In this document: piece by piece, positions 7,486 to 16,275 of the stretch
Numbering within the stretch: the stretch's first letter is position 1
Layout of the letters: each line of letters opens with the position of its first letter
From: a virus
Virus genome (UHGV): UHGV-2123520
Reading direction: 5' to 3' (one strand)
Length of the DNA stretch: 20,525 nucleotides
Position numbers and translations under genes: made by a program
The notes under the pieces: generated by a model
What the model was told of the DNA's origin: nothing
Seen by the model: only the letters and a program-made list of their open reading frames with translations
The model's database searches: none

Positions 7486-8037
7486 GTGGGTAACGAACCT
7501 ATTTGGAAAGTCGAACGTCAGCCTTCCTGGCTGGTGGTAGCGATTAAAAAGACGATTACCGACCTGCCTGGAGGCTATGCCGAGGCGGCGGAATGGTTGG
7601 GGGTAACAGAGAATGCGCTGTTTAACCGCCTTCGTGTGGATGGGGATCAGATCTTCCCTATGGGGTGGGCGATGGTGCTACAGAAAGCTGCTGGTGTTAG
7701 CTACATAGCTGATGCGTTTTCTCGTCAAACCGATAACGGGATCCATATCCCGGGCGCGGCACCAGAAACAGAGAACGAAGAGATTGGTTTAAAGCTGGCT
7801 GAGCTGGTGGGCAGGCTTGGTGACCTGGTTAACGCATATCGTCGATACATCGATGATGGTGTGGTTGATAAAGGGGAGTGGGACAGTCTGAACGAAATCG
7901 CCTACCAGTTCCGGGTAACGCTTATGACGTTTCTGAACCTGATTTCACGAGTCTATTGCCTTCCAGAAAAGAGTGACGCCCGCGAGTGTGCAGCTCCGGG
8001 CGCCTTGGCGAACAACTCTTCGAGTATGGAGAAATAA
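7486..8037 (+). CDS. Early regulator of unknown function with HTH-like segment
   Basis: 183-aa ORF; GTG start with TAAGGAGT RBS 5 nt upstream; AAEWLGVTENALFNRLR resembles an HTH; occupies the cII position but is longer than CII. Confidence 0.45.
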   Translation: MGNEPIWKVERQPSWLVVAIKKTITDLPGGYAEAAEWLGVTENALFNRLRVDGDQIFPMGWAMVLQKAAGVSYIADAFSRQTDNGIHIPGAAPETENEEIGLKLAELVGRLGDLVNAYRRYIDDGVVDKGEWDSLNEIAYQFRVTLMTFLNLISRVYCLPEKSDARECAAPGALANNSSSMEK

Positions 8038-8209
8038 TCCGCATGAGCAATTTAATCGTAAATCCTCACTTACCGCAACTACGAATGATCCCGGTGCCGG
8101 GTCTTCCGCTGTTTCGGTATGAATGCAAAGTATCAAATCGCTGGGTGTCATGTAACCACAGCCAGGCTGCCGTAATTGTGGGGGTCTACTATCGGAGGGC
8201 AAAACGCCT

Positions 8210-8389
8210 GTGCGCGAACTTAACCGAAGGTTCAAAGATCACCGCGGAGTGCCAGTCCGTGTTATCCGCTGGGAGCCAGAAACGCAGCGCGTTATCTACC
8301 TGCGAGATGGCTATCCACACGAATGCTTCAGCCCACTTGAGCATTTCAGACAAAAGTTCAGGGAGATAACGGACGATCATGAGCACTAA
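8210..8389 (+). CDS. Possible small ORF (59 aa) overlapping start of replication gene
   Basis: GTG 8210 preceded by GGAGGG 10 nt upstream; protein-like translation ending ...RWEPETQRVIYLRDGYPHECFSPLEHFRQKFREITDDHEH; stop overlaps the O-like ATG by 11 nt. Below ORF-track threshold. Confidence 0.25.
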   Translation: MRELNRRFKDHRGVPVRVIRWEPETQRVIYLRDGYPHECFSPLEHFRQKFREITDDHEH

Positions 8390-9260
8390 ATTAACCGGCT
8401 ACGTATGGGATGGTTGCGCATCGTCGGGCATGAAGTTGTCCAGTGTTGCGATCATGGCTCGTCTTGCTGACTTCAGCAGCGATGAAGGTGTGTGCTGGCC
8501 GTCAATTGAAACTATCGCTCGCCAGCTTGGCGCAGGGCCGAGCACTATCAGAACGGCAATCGCAAAGCTTGAAAAAGATGGCTGGCTCACGCGCACACAG
8601 CGCCGTAATGGTAACCGTAATGCTTCGAACGTGTACCGCCTGAATGTGGCGAAACTTCAGGCTGCCGCATTTTCTCAACTGTCAGATTCTGACACATCAA
8701 AATCTGACGCATCAAAATCTGACGCATCAAAATTTGACGCCTCAAAAACTGACCCGTCGAAATCCGTCAAAAACGGCGGTTTTGACCCGTCAGAATCTGG
8801 CGGGGATCCGTCAGTAAAATCAAAACAAGATCCACAAGTAACTTCAAAACCCTCTTGTCCGGTTGCGGCGCAACCAGACCCTGAGGTTGTGATTACTGAT
8901 CAGGCCAGACAGGTTTTGTCTTACCTGAACCAGACTACTGGCTCACGCTACCAGGTGTGCAGCACGTCGCTGGAGAATATTCGCGCCCGTCTTCGGGAAC
9001 AATTCACGGTTGATGACCTGTGCCTGGTAGTGGATTACAAAAATGCCGATTGGCGTGATAGCGAGCAGGCGCAATACCTCCGCCCGGCAACTCTGTTCAT
9101 TCCAAAAAACTTCCCTGGTTACCTGCAAAGCGCGACCAAATGGTCCAGTGCTGGCCGGCCTGAACGCGTTAACGGCAAATGGGAGACTAACTCAGCCAGC
9201 CGCGCAAACTTCCAGAGTGTTGATTACTCACTGCCAGAAAATTCGGGGTTCCGTTCATGA
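8379..9260 (+). CDS. Replication initiation protein (lambda O-like: N-terminal HTH, low-complexity linker, conserved C-terminal domain)
   Basis: N-terminal winged-HTH-like segment (SIETIARQLGAGPSTIRTAIAKLEKDGWL), S/D/K-rich linker encoded by the iteron repeats, conserved C-terminal phage domain (YLRPATLF); sits at the O position after cro. Confidence 0.6.
   Translation: MSTKLTGYVWDGCASSGMKLSSVAIMARLADFSSDEGVCWPSIETIARQLGAGPSTIRTAIAKLEKDGWLTRTQRRNGNRNASNVYRLNVAKLQAAAFSQLSDSDTSKSDASKSDASKFDASKTDPSKSVKNGGFDPSESGGDPSVKSKQDPQVTSKPSCPVAAQPDPEVVITDQARQVLSYLNQTTGSRYQVCSTSLENIRARLREQFTVDDLCLVVDYKNADWRDSEQAQYLRPATLFIPKNFPGYLQSATKWSSAGRPERVNGKWETNSASRANFQSVDYSLPENSGFRS
8688..8795. repeat. Iteron-like direct repeats (candidate replication origin) inside the O-like gene
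   Basis: Five tandem 15-bp units, tctgacacatcaaaa / tctgacgcatcaaaa (twice) / tttgacgcctcaaaa / actgacccgtcgaaa, at 8688-8762, followed by degenerate copies to about 8795. Confidence 0.6.
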
Positions 9261-10135
9261 TGACCAATAAATATTGCCAGGCGCTGGCGGCACTGCGTAG
9301 CAAACCAGCCCATGAATTGAAAGAAGTTGGCGATCAGTGGCGGACACCGGATCTGCTTTTTTGGGGGATCAACGCGCTATTTGGTCCATTAGTTCTGGAT
9401 TTGTTTGCTGACGACGACAACGCGAAATTCCCGGCATGGTACACCGCCGAAGATAACGCGCTGACGCAGGACTGGTCTGAACGTCTGGCTGAACTGGGTG
9501 GCGCTGGCTATGGCAACCCACCGTATAGCCGTTCGCAGTACCACGAGAAGCAGGTGATCACCGGCATGACCCACATCATGGATCACACAATGGAGATGCG
9601 TGAAAAGGGTGGGCGTTACGTGTTCCTCATTAAAGCGGCGACAAGTGAAACATGGTGGCCGGAAGACGCCGATCACATCATGTTTATTCGCGGTCGTATT
9701 GGCTTCGATCTGCCTGTGTGGTTTGTACCTGCTGACGAAAAACAGAAGCCCACCAGTGCGTTTTTTGCCGGTGCCATAGCTGTATTCGATAAGTCGTGGC
9801 GTGGTGAGCGGTTCAGCTATATCAACCGCACAGAACTGGAGGCAAAAGGTCGGGCATTTATGGCGCTGGCTCAATTCGCTGTTGGCAAAGAGCCGACAAT
9901 TGCAATGCGGGCAACCCAGGAGCCAGTCATACCATCGGAAACTGAGTCACGTATCTGGCCTCTCGAGGTTGGTCTGGTGTTTAACCAGGTGGAAGGCGTT
10001 GACGTATTGAGTGAGGCTCAGCAGAACAAGCTGAAAGCCAACATCAGTCAACTCTGGCTGGAACGAACGGCCACCAGCGAAATCATTACTGCAGCTTCTG
10101 AACTTGTTCGCAATATGCGGGGAGAGGCCGCGTGA
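9257..10135 (+). CDS. Phage Dam-family DNA N6-adenine methyltransferase with C-terminal extension
   Basis: DQWRTPDLLF near N-terminus and GNPPYS catalytic motif typical of the phage Dam family; ATGA overlap with the O-like stop. Confidence 0.7.
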   Translation: MMTNKYCQALAALRSKPAHELKEVGDQWRTPDLLFWGINALFGPLVLDLFADDDNAKFPAWYTAEDNALTQDWSERLAELGGAGYGNPPYSRSQYHEKQVITGMTHIMDHTMEMREKGGRYVFLIKAATSETWWPEDADHIMFIRGRIGFDLPVWFVPADEKQKPTSAFFAGAIAVFDKSWRGERFSYINRTELEAKGRAFMALAQFAVGKEPTIAMRATQEPVIPSETESRIWPLEVGLVFNQVEGVDVLSEAQQNKLKANISQLWLERTATSEIITAASELVRNMRGEAA

Positions 10136-10530
10136 AACTGGTCCTGCCTTTTCCTCCGAGCGTAAACGCTTACTGGCGCGCCCCTAACAAAGGGCCGCTG
10201 GCCGGTCGTCACCTCATTAGCGCTAATGGTCGTAAATACCAGAGCGCTGCCTGCGTGGCGATCATTGAGCAATTACGACGTCTCCCGAAGCCATCGACTG
10301 AACTGGCAGCGGTAGAAATCACTCTGTACCCGCCGGATGCGCGCCGCCGGGATATCGATAATTACAACAAAGCCCTGTTTGACGCGCTGACGCATGCGGG
10401 TGTCTGGGAAGACGACAGCCAGATTAAGCGCATGCTGGTGGAATGGGGGCCAATAGTACCGAAGGGAAAAGTTGAGATAACCATAACGGCATATAAAAAA
10501 GAGGTGGTTATATGTCCAGCTGTGGGTTGA
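10132..10530 (+). CDS. rusA: Holliday junction resolvase RusA
   Basis: LPFPPSVNAYWR, RRRDIDNYNKALFDALTHAGVWEDDSQ match the RusA signature including catalytic acidic residues; GTG start overlaps upstream stop. Confidence 0.8.
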   Translation: MKLVLPFPPSVNAYWRAPNKGPLAGRHLISANGRKYQSAACVAIIEQLRRLPKPSTELAAVEITLYPPDARRRDIDNYNKALFDALTHAGVWEDDSQIKRMLVEWGPIVPKGKVEITITAYKKEVVICPAVG

Positions 10531-10616
10531 ATATTGGTCGATATGGCAGTAATGTCGGAAAGTGCAAGCGAAACGGGCGTGCAGGCCCTTCGCAACAATC
10601 AGAGTATGGAGATAAT

Positions 10617-11504
10617 ATGAGCAATCATCATGTTATGGGCACTGCTACGCCCAAAAATAGCACTTCATCAGTAATTTCCGTTAATCACTCATCGGTGCCG
10701 GTGATCACTTATCGCAATCAACGCGTAGTGACTACGGAATCTTTAGCAAGCGGCTACGGTACAACAGCGCAAAACATCACGAATAACTTTAACCGCAATA
10801 AAATGCGTTTTGTTGAGGGTAAGCATTACTTTCGAATTGAGGGTGATGAAGTCGAAAATTTGCGCAACTCTTTCAGCAGTGTGCAAATATCATCAAAGGC
10901 TCGCAGCCTTTATCTCTGGACTGAGCGCGGCGCCTCCCGCCACGCAAAAATGCTTGAAACCGAATTAGCCTGGGACTTCTTTGAACAGCTTGAAGATCAT
11001 TACTTCAATCTTCGTGAGGTCCACGGTGTCATGCTGCCGAATATGTCTGATCCAATAACCCTGGCGCGTGCGTGGGCGGATGCCATGGAGGCAAAGCAGC
11101 AAGCTGAGGCGCTTACCCACCAGCAAGCCGAATATATCGAGCATCTCGAGAGCCTCTTCACTGATGGGCTTTCCCCAGTACAGTTCTGTAAACGTCTGAA
11201 TGGCGTTAATACCTCAAAAATTAGCGCCTGGCTTGTTTCGATGAACTGGTTATATGACGACAATCCGGAAGGACGCAGCGCACAATGGCGTGTCCGGTCA
11301 TACGCGCGTGATAAATACCTCACTGAGAAAAGCAGCAAAGTCTCTCCAAATTCAGCAGTCAGCTTTACCACCTATCAGCCGGTTCTGCTTCGGGAAGGGG
11401 CCACCTGGATCTACAAAAACTATCTGAAAGGGAAGCTTCCGATGAAGGTGACCTGGAACGGGAGTTTCACCCACGATAAAGAACTGGCTGGTGGCGGCAA
11501 TTGA
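10617..11504 (+). CDS. Putative antirepressor (ORF6N-like N-terminal domain plus KilA-C/ANT-like C-terminal domain)
   Basis: ITYRNQRVVTTESLASGYGTTAQNITNNFNRNKMRFVEGKHYFRIEGDEVENLR resembles ORF6N-type DNA-binding domains. Start placed at ATG 10617 (GGAGA RBS); the ORF-track start at 10512 gives an implausible N-terminus overlapping rusA. Confidence 0.55.
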   Translation: MSNHHVMGTATPKNSTSSVISVNHSSVPVITYRNQRVVTTESLASGYGTTAQNITNNFNRNKMRFVEGKHYFRIEGDEVENLRNSFSSVQISSKARSLYLWTERGASRHAKMLETELAWDFFEQLEDHYFNLREVHGVMLPNMSDPITLARAWADAMEAKQQAEALTHQQAEYIEHLESLFTDGLSPVQFCKRLNGVNTSKISAWLVSMNWLYDDNPEGRSAQWRVRSYARDKYLTEKSSKVSPNSAVSFTTYQPVLLREGATWIYKNYLKGKLPMKVTWNGSFTHDKELAGGGN

Positions 11505-12496
11505 GGGCATTACTCACACCTGAAATAGCCTCCCGTATGGGGATTGTGTTGTTTCGTCCCGGAGCGGAACTGATGCATCTCTTCATGCGCGGTCGCGTTC
11601 TGCTCGAGCCTGAACCAGAAGAAATGGCGTCATTCAGTACCGGGGCTGTTCCCACCGCCATTCAGCCGCTGGCGGAGGATCCGGTAATGCGGCAGGTCTT
11701 CGGGAATGAACGGGTTATACAGCGTGCCGGTGGGCTTTCTTCCCTTGAGCAGTGGCTGAGTTCACGGTTTGAATGCCAGTGGCCCCATTCATCGTGGCAC
11801 GACAAGAACTTCACAATTATGAGGCACGAGCCAGGAAGCATTCGCCTGTGCTGGCATTGCGATCACATCCTGTCCGGGCAACATACCGAGCAGCTTGCAG
11901 ATATAGCGGCAGGAAACCTGGTATCCTGGATTCTGGAAGTCATTCGTCGCGATTCTGGTTTTCCCGAGTCGCATATCCTGACGTTACCGGAACTGTGCTG
12001 GTGGATGGTCAGGAACGACCTGGCTGATGTTATACCGGAAAGCGTCGCGCATAAGGGGTTACGGCTTCCGGATGAGAAGAGCAGCTCAGTCATGAGGGAA
12101 AGTGACATTGTGCCTTCCGCTTCAGCAGCCAGCCTCGTGCAGGAGAAGGCGAAAAAGATTCTCACGCTTTCTGTTGATCCGGAGTCGCCAGAGTCTTTCA
12201 TGCTCAGGCCAAAACGTCGCCGCTGGGTAAATGAGACGTACACCCGCTGGGTTAAAACACAACCCTGTGAGTGTTGCCGACGGCCAGCAGATGATCCGCA
12301 CCATATCGTAGGGCACGGTATGGGTGGTACAGCAACAAAAGCCCATGACCTATTCGTGATCCCTCTGTGCAGAGAGTGTCACGACGAGCTGCACGCCGAT
12401 GTACCGGCATTCGAGCAGAAGCATGGTACGCAGCTTGAGCTGCTACTGCGTTTTATGGATCGGGCGCTGGCGATCGGCGTAATTGCGACAGCTTAA
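11501..12496 (+). CDS. Prophage protein with C-terminal HNH-type nuclease motif (DUF968-like)
   Basis: C-terminus CECCRRPADDPHHIVGHGMGG ... CRECHDELH has HNH-like Cys/His spacing. Start uncertain: TTG 11501 overlaps the upstream stop; in-frame ATGs at 11537 and 11573. Confidence 0.5.
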   Translation: MRALLTPEIASRMGIVLFRPGAELMHLFMRGRVLLEPEPEEMASFSTGAVPTAIQPLAEDPVMRQVFGNERVIQRAGGLSSLEQWLSSRFECQWPHSSWHDKNFTIMRHEPGSIRLCWHCDHILSGQHTEQLADIAAGNLVSWILEVIRRDSGFPESHILTLPELCWWMVRNDLADVIPESVAHKGLRLPDEKSSSVMRESDIVPSASAASLVQEKAKKILTLSVDPESPESFMLRPKRRRWVNETYTRWVKTQPCECCRRPADDPHHIVGHGMGGTATKAHDLFVIPLCRECHDELHADVPAFEQKHGTQLELLLRFMDRALAIGVIATA

Positions 12497-13207
12497 GTGT
12501 ATGGAGCGCAAAGAAGCATGAATCAACAAGACCTGAATTTTGTAAGAATAGAATTGCGCCGCGCGCTACCTGACCTCTCCGGGGGAACAAAAGGGCAGCT
12601 TGAGGCTTTCAGTGAACACCCACCAGCAGACAAAAATGCCACCCCGCGCCGTGGAATTCATCTCGTCGAACTCGAAGGAGAGAAGGGGCCACGCTTTGTT
12701 AACTCGCTTTCCGCGCCACTGTATGTACTGGAAACACGCAGCCGCCGCAGGCCAATGCCGCCGATAAAAGATGCGGAATTTGAGTCCGCGCCGTGGCGTA
12801 GGGCAGTGTCCGCGCTTAGTGGATACCAGCAGGCCTGGTTGCGGTACTGCTACGGTTTTGACCTTAGCTATAAGCACCAGGTGATGATGTGTGAATACGT
12901 CTGGAAAACTTATCAGAAATGCCTGGGTGATAATTCCCTTCAGGATCGCGTAGTAAAGAAACTGATTGGCCTGGTATGGCTGGCAGGGCAGGAAATTGCC
13001 GCAACCAGAAATAATGAAACCTATAAAGACTATGCTGGTGCAGCGTTGGCCCGCATGGTTAGCGTTGACCGTTCGACATGGTTGCGTGTCTATTCAGGGC
13101 ACTGGGCTGGGTTAAAGACCGCTTTTACGCAGCTTGATGAATCTGCATTGGCCATGGCTCTGGAATACTATGAGGAAGAAGAAGCCCTCAAAGTGGCAGA
13201 AATGTGA
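12497..13207 (+). CDS. Putative late-gene antiterminator (Q-like) by position
   Basis: Last gene before a short intergenic region carrying a strong terminator and then the lysis genes, matching the lambda Q - pR' - tR' layout. No decisive motif recognised; start may be ATG 12518. Confidence 0.45.
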   Translation: MYGAQRSMNQQDLNFVRIELRRALPDLSGGTKGQLEAFSEHPPADKNATPRRGIHLVELEGEKGPRFVNSLSAPLYVLETRSRRRPMPPIKDAEFESAPWRRAVSALSGYQQAWLRYCYGFDLSYKHQVMMCEYVWKTYQKCLGDNSLQDRVVKKLIGLVWLAGQEIAATRNNETYKDYAGAALARMVSVDRSTWLRVYSGHWAGLKTAFTQLDESALAMALEYYEEEEALKVAEM

Positions 13208-13300
13208 AGTAAATTTCACTATCTCCTTCAAACACGCTTGCAAAATGCAACAAAATAAGCCATATTTAAAGCATATTTGATATGTTGCCAAAGTTTTATA

Positions 13301-13327
13301 AACCCGCCGATGAGCGGGTTTTTTTAT
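13301..13327 (+). terminator. tR'-like rho-independent terminator downstream of Q-like gene
   Basis: aacccgc cgatga gcgggtt followed by tttttat. Confidence 0.6.
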
Positions 13328-13447
13328 GGCAAATCAGCCATGCACGGCGCATAAAGGCGCTGGCGGTCGCAGAATGGAATTCTTCTCTTGCTGGTATCAC
13401 CAACCAGAGTTATCTGTATGTCACGCAACTAATTTTAGGTAAAAGAC

Positions 13448-13639
13448 ATGCTAAATCAGGAAGATATGACAGAAACGGCAAAGGCTGTTTTCAATGAATT
13501 AAGCGATAAACCAGCAACGGCTGGGGAGATTGCACAGAATACCCACCTCAGCCGCGAACGTTGCCAGCTCATACTTACGCAGCTGGTGATGGCGGGTTTA
13601 TCTGATTACCAGTTTGGATGTTATAAACGCCTCCAGTAA
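13448..13639 (+). CDS. Small winged-helix protein (PapI/FaeA-like by recalled similarity)
   Basis: 63-aa ORF; TAGEIAQNTHLSRERCQLILTQLVMAGL resembles the recognition helix region of PapI/FaeA-type regulators; first ORF after the tR'-like terminator. Confidence 0.35.
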   Translation: MLNQEDMTETAKAVFNELSDKPATAGEIAQNTHLSRERCQLILTQLVMAGLSDYQFGCYKRLQ

Positions 13640-13789
13640 TGGGGGCTTTCTGCTGTGGAAATGGGCGGCTGGTGGGTGTTAGCGCACCCGGCCAGCCATC
13701 AGCTCATGCTTTCAGGTCACAAGCTAACCAAGGCCCACTGCTTTAGCGCAAAAGCAACGTGAGCCTATCAGAGTTACGCTTACTGATCT

Positions 13790-14842
13790 ATGAAAAATAC
13801 TGTAAAAATAAACAGTGTTGAGTTAATCAACGCTGATAGCCTGCATTACGTCGCCACCCTCCCGGATAACTCTATTGATCTGATTGTTACGGATCCTCCG
13901 TACTTCAAAGTGAAGCCTAACGGCTGGGACAACCAATGGAAGGGGGACGAGGACTACTTACGCTGGCTTGATAGCTGCCTGGCTGAGTATGCTCGCGTAC
14001 TTAAACCTGCTGGCAGCATTTACCTGTTTTGCGGTCACCGACTGGCCTCAGACATAGAGATTATGATGCGTGCCCGGTTCAACGTTTTGAATCACATAAT
14101 TTGGGCAAAACCATCGGGCCGCTGGAATGGTTGTAACAAAGAAAGCCTGCGTGCGTACTTTCCATCTACGGAACGGATTTTGTTTGCTGAGCACTATCTT
14201 GGGCCGTACACAGGTAAAGAGGATGTTTACGAAAGGAAAAGCACAGAGCTAAAGCAGCACATTATGACGCCACTGATTGACTACTTCCGTAATGCCCGTG
14301 AATCGCTGGGTGTCAGCTCGAAAGAAATAGCTGAGGCAACCGGAAAGAAAAACATGGCGTCACACTGGTTTGGTGCAAGCCAATGGCAACTACCGAATGA
14401 AGTGGACTATCGAAAATTGCAGGAACTGTTCACGCGGATCGCCATCGATAAACATATTCAGCAAAAGCTTGAACATCCTCACCACCAGCTGGTGGCTACC
14501 TACCAGTCATTAAACCGCAAGTATTCAGAATTGCTGGAGGAATACAAAATCCTTCGGCGCTGCTTCTCTGTTTCCGCTCTTGTTCCGTATACCGACGTAT
14601 GGACGCATAAGCCTGTTCAGTTTTATCCAGGCAAACATCCATGTGAAAAACCCGCCGACATGCTGAAGCAGATCATTAGCGCCAGCAGCAGGCCGGGGGA
14701 TATCGTTGCCGATTTCTTTATGGGCTCTGGTTCAACTGTGAAAGCTGCAATAGAACTTGGCCGTCGGGCGATCGGAGTAGAACTGGAAGCTGACAGATTT
14801 ATTCAGACCACCGAAGAGGTGGAAAAACTGAGCAAAACATAA
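13790..14842 (+). CDS. DNA methyltransferase, beta-class N6-adenine/N4-cytosine (DPPY before FxGxG)
   Basis: IDLIVTDPPYF (motif IV) near N-terminus and DFFMGSGST (motif I) near C-terminus, the circularly permuted order of beta-class amino-MTases. Confidence 0.75.
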   Translation: MKNTVKINSVELINADSLHYVATLPDNSIDLIVTDPPYFKVKPNGWDNQWKGDEDYLRWLDSCLAEYARVLKPAGSIYLFCGHRLASDIEIMMRARFNVLNHIIWAKPSGRWNGCNKESLRAYFPSTERILFAEHYLGPYTGKEDVYERKSTELKQHIMTPLIDYFRNARESLGVSSKEIAEATGKKNMASHWFGASQWQLPNEVDYRKLQELFTRIAIDKHIQQKLEHPHHQLVATYQSLNRKYSELLEEYKILRRCFSVSALVPYTDVWTHKPVQFYPGKHPCEKPADMLKQIISASSRPGDIVADFFMGSGSTVKAAIELGRRAIGVELEADRFIQTTEEVEKLSKT

Positions 14843-14987
14843 CGATCATCACGCCCTGTGGATGTGGTGATTACCATTTTCAGGCACCGGGAATCATCCT
14901 TACTTTTATTTGAACAAAAGAGCCCGGTTGCCTGATTCCACATCCCCTCATTTCTGAGAGGAATCACAGCAATTAAGAGGGGGCTAA

Positions 14988-15374
14988 ATGTCCGATCCGA
15001 TTTCCGGTACTGGGCTGGCTGGTGGTGTCCTGACGGGGGCCAGCGTCTATGGATTTCTGTCCGGAACCGATTACGGTGTGGTGTTTGGCGCATTTGCCGG
15101 GGCTGTTTTTTACATTGCAACTGCAGCGGATCTAAGTGCAGCGCGCCGACTGGCATATTTTCTGGTGTCGTATATCGCGGGGATCCTTTGTTCCGGGCTG
15201 GTGGGTTCAAAGCTGGCTCAGGCTACCGGCTACAGTGATAAACCACTGGATGCCATTGGCGCCGTAATCGTTTCTGCTTTAGCCGTCAAAATCCTGACGT
15301 TCCTGAATAATCAGGATGTTGGCTCGCTGGTGGCGCTGATAACGCGCCGGGGAGGTTCAGGTGGTACAAAATGA
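14988..15374 (+). CDS. Putative holin
   Basis: 128-aa protein with several hydrophobic Gly/Ala-rich membrane-spanning segments and a charged C-terminus; AAGAGGGGG RBS; immediately upstream of endolysin. Confidence 0.55.
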   Translation: MSDPISGTGLAGGVLTGASVYGFLSGTDYGVVFGAFAGAVFYIATAADLSAARRLAYFLVSYIAGILCSGLVGSKLAQATGYSDKPLDAIGAVIVSALAVKILTFLNNQDVGSLVALITRRGGSGGTK

Positions 15375-15642
15375 CCCATCGGCAACTTTAAATGCATTGC
15401 TTTGCGCTGGGGTAGTGCTGACCTTGATGTTTTACCGTCGTGGTGATTCCCGACATCGACCGTGGATATCTCGCCTGGCGTGGCTGCTTACGGTCATCTA
15501 CAGCGCAGTTCCGCTGGCGTATCTGTGCGGTATATACCCGTACTCATCATGGGCCACTATCGGGGCCAACATTATCTTTCTGTCCGTGCTGGTCGCCGTC
15601 AGAGGCAACGTGGCACGTCTGGTAGATCATCTGAGGCAATAA
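15361..15642 (+). CDS. Holin/antiholin-like small membrane protein
   Basis: 93-aa ORF with two to three hydrophobic segments; GTG start overlapping upstream gene; its TAA overlaps the endolysin ATG (TAATG). Confidence 0.45.
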   Translation: MVQNDPSATLNALLCAGVVLTLMFYRRGDSRHRPWISRLAWLLTVIYSAVPLAYLCGIYPYSSWATIGANIIFLSVLVAVRGNVARLVDHLRQ

Positions 15643-16268
15643 TGAACCAATCACAATTTCAGCAGGCGGCTGGTATCAGCGCCGGGCTTTCTGCACGCTG
15701 GTTTCCGCACATTGATGCGGCAATGAAAGAATTCGGCATTACGACAAAACTCGATCAGGCCATGTTTATTGCGCAATGTGGGCACGAAAGCACTGGCTTT
15801 ACCCAACTGGTGGAAAGCTTCAACTATAGCATCGACGGATTAGCCTATTTTGTGAAAGTAAAGCGGCTTACTCCAGACCAGGCCAGTGCGCTGGGAAGAA
15901 AAAATTACGAAAAAGTTCTGCCACTCGAACGCCAGCGGGCGATTGCAAATCTGGTATACGGAGGCCGCTTTGGCAACAAGTCGGCTGGTGATGGGTGGAA
16001 ATACCGGGGGCGCGGAATTATAGGGATCACCTTCCTGGATAACTACCTGACCTGTGGTACGGCGTTAAAACTGGATTTAGTCAGCAACCCTGAACTGCTG
16101 GGAAAAGACATTAACGCTGCACGCAGCGCTGCCTGGTTCTATGTTTCAAACGGTTGTCTACGGTATCCGGGCGATTTGGAGCGTGTCACACAGATTATTA
16201 ACGGCGGGCAGAACGGCATTAAAGACCGCCGTGAACGTTACGCCAAAGCTAAAGCCGCACTGGTGTGA
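15642..16268 (+). CDS. Endolysin, glycoside hydrolase family 19 (chitinase-like lysozyme)
   Basis: AQCGHESTGF, YRGRGIIGITFLDNY and catalytic-region spacing characteristic of GH19. Start at ATG 15642 (MNQSQFQQAAG) with TGAGG RBS; the ORF-track start at 15462 is in the overlap with the upstream gene. Confidence 0.8.
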   Translation: MNQSQFQQAAGISAGLSARWFPHIDAAMKEFGITTKLDQAMFIAQCGHESTGFTQLVESFNYSIDGLAYFVKVKRLTPDQASALGRKNYEKVLPLERQRAIANLVYGGRFGNKSAGDGWKYRGRGIIGITFLDNYLTCGTALKLDLVSNPELLGKDINAARSAAWFYVSNGCLRYPGDLERVTQIINGGQNGIKDRRERYAKAKAALV

Positions 16269-16275
16269 GGTTACT

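Noticed and set aside
7986-8369. 127-aa plus-strand ORF between the early regulator and the replication gene
   Set aside because: Composition rich in Ser/Cys/Arg with no motif and only a weak RBS; a different frame gives a more protein-like small ORF.
10512-10616. Upstream extension of the antirepressor ORF to the ATG at 10512
   Set aside because: Extension (MSSCGLNIGRYGSNVGKCKRNGRAGPSQQSEYGDN) is protein-unlike and overlaps the rusA 3' end; ATG 10617 has a proper RBS.
13282-13497. 71-aa ORF spanning the tR'-like terminator
   Set aside because: It starts within the promoter/terminator region and reads through the terminator hairpin; composition unconvincing.
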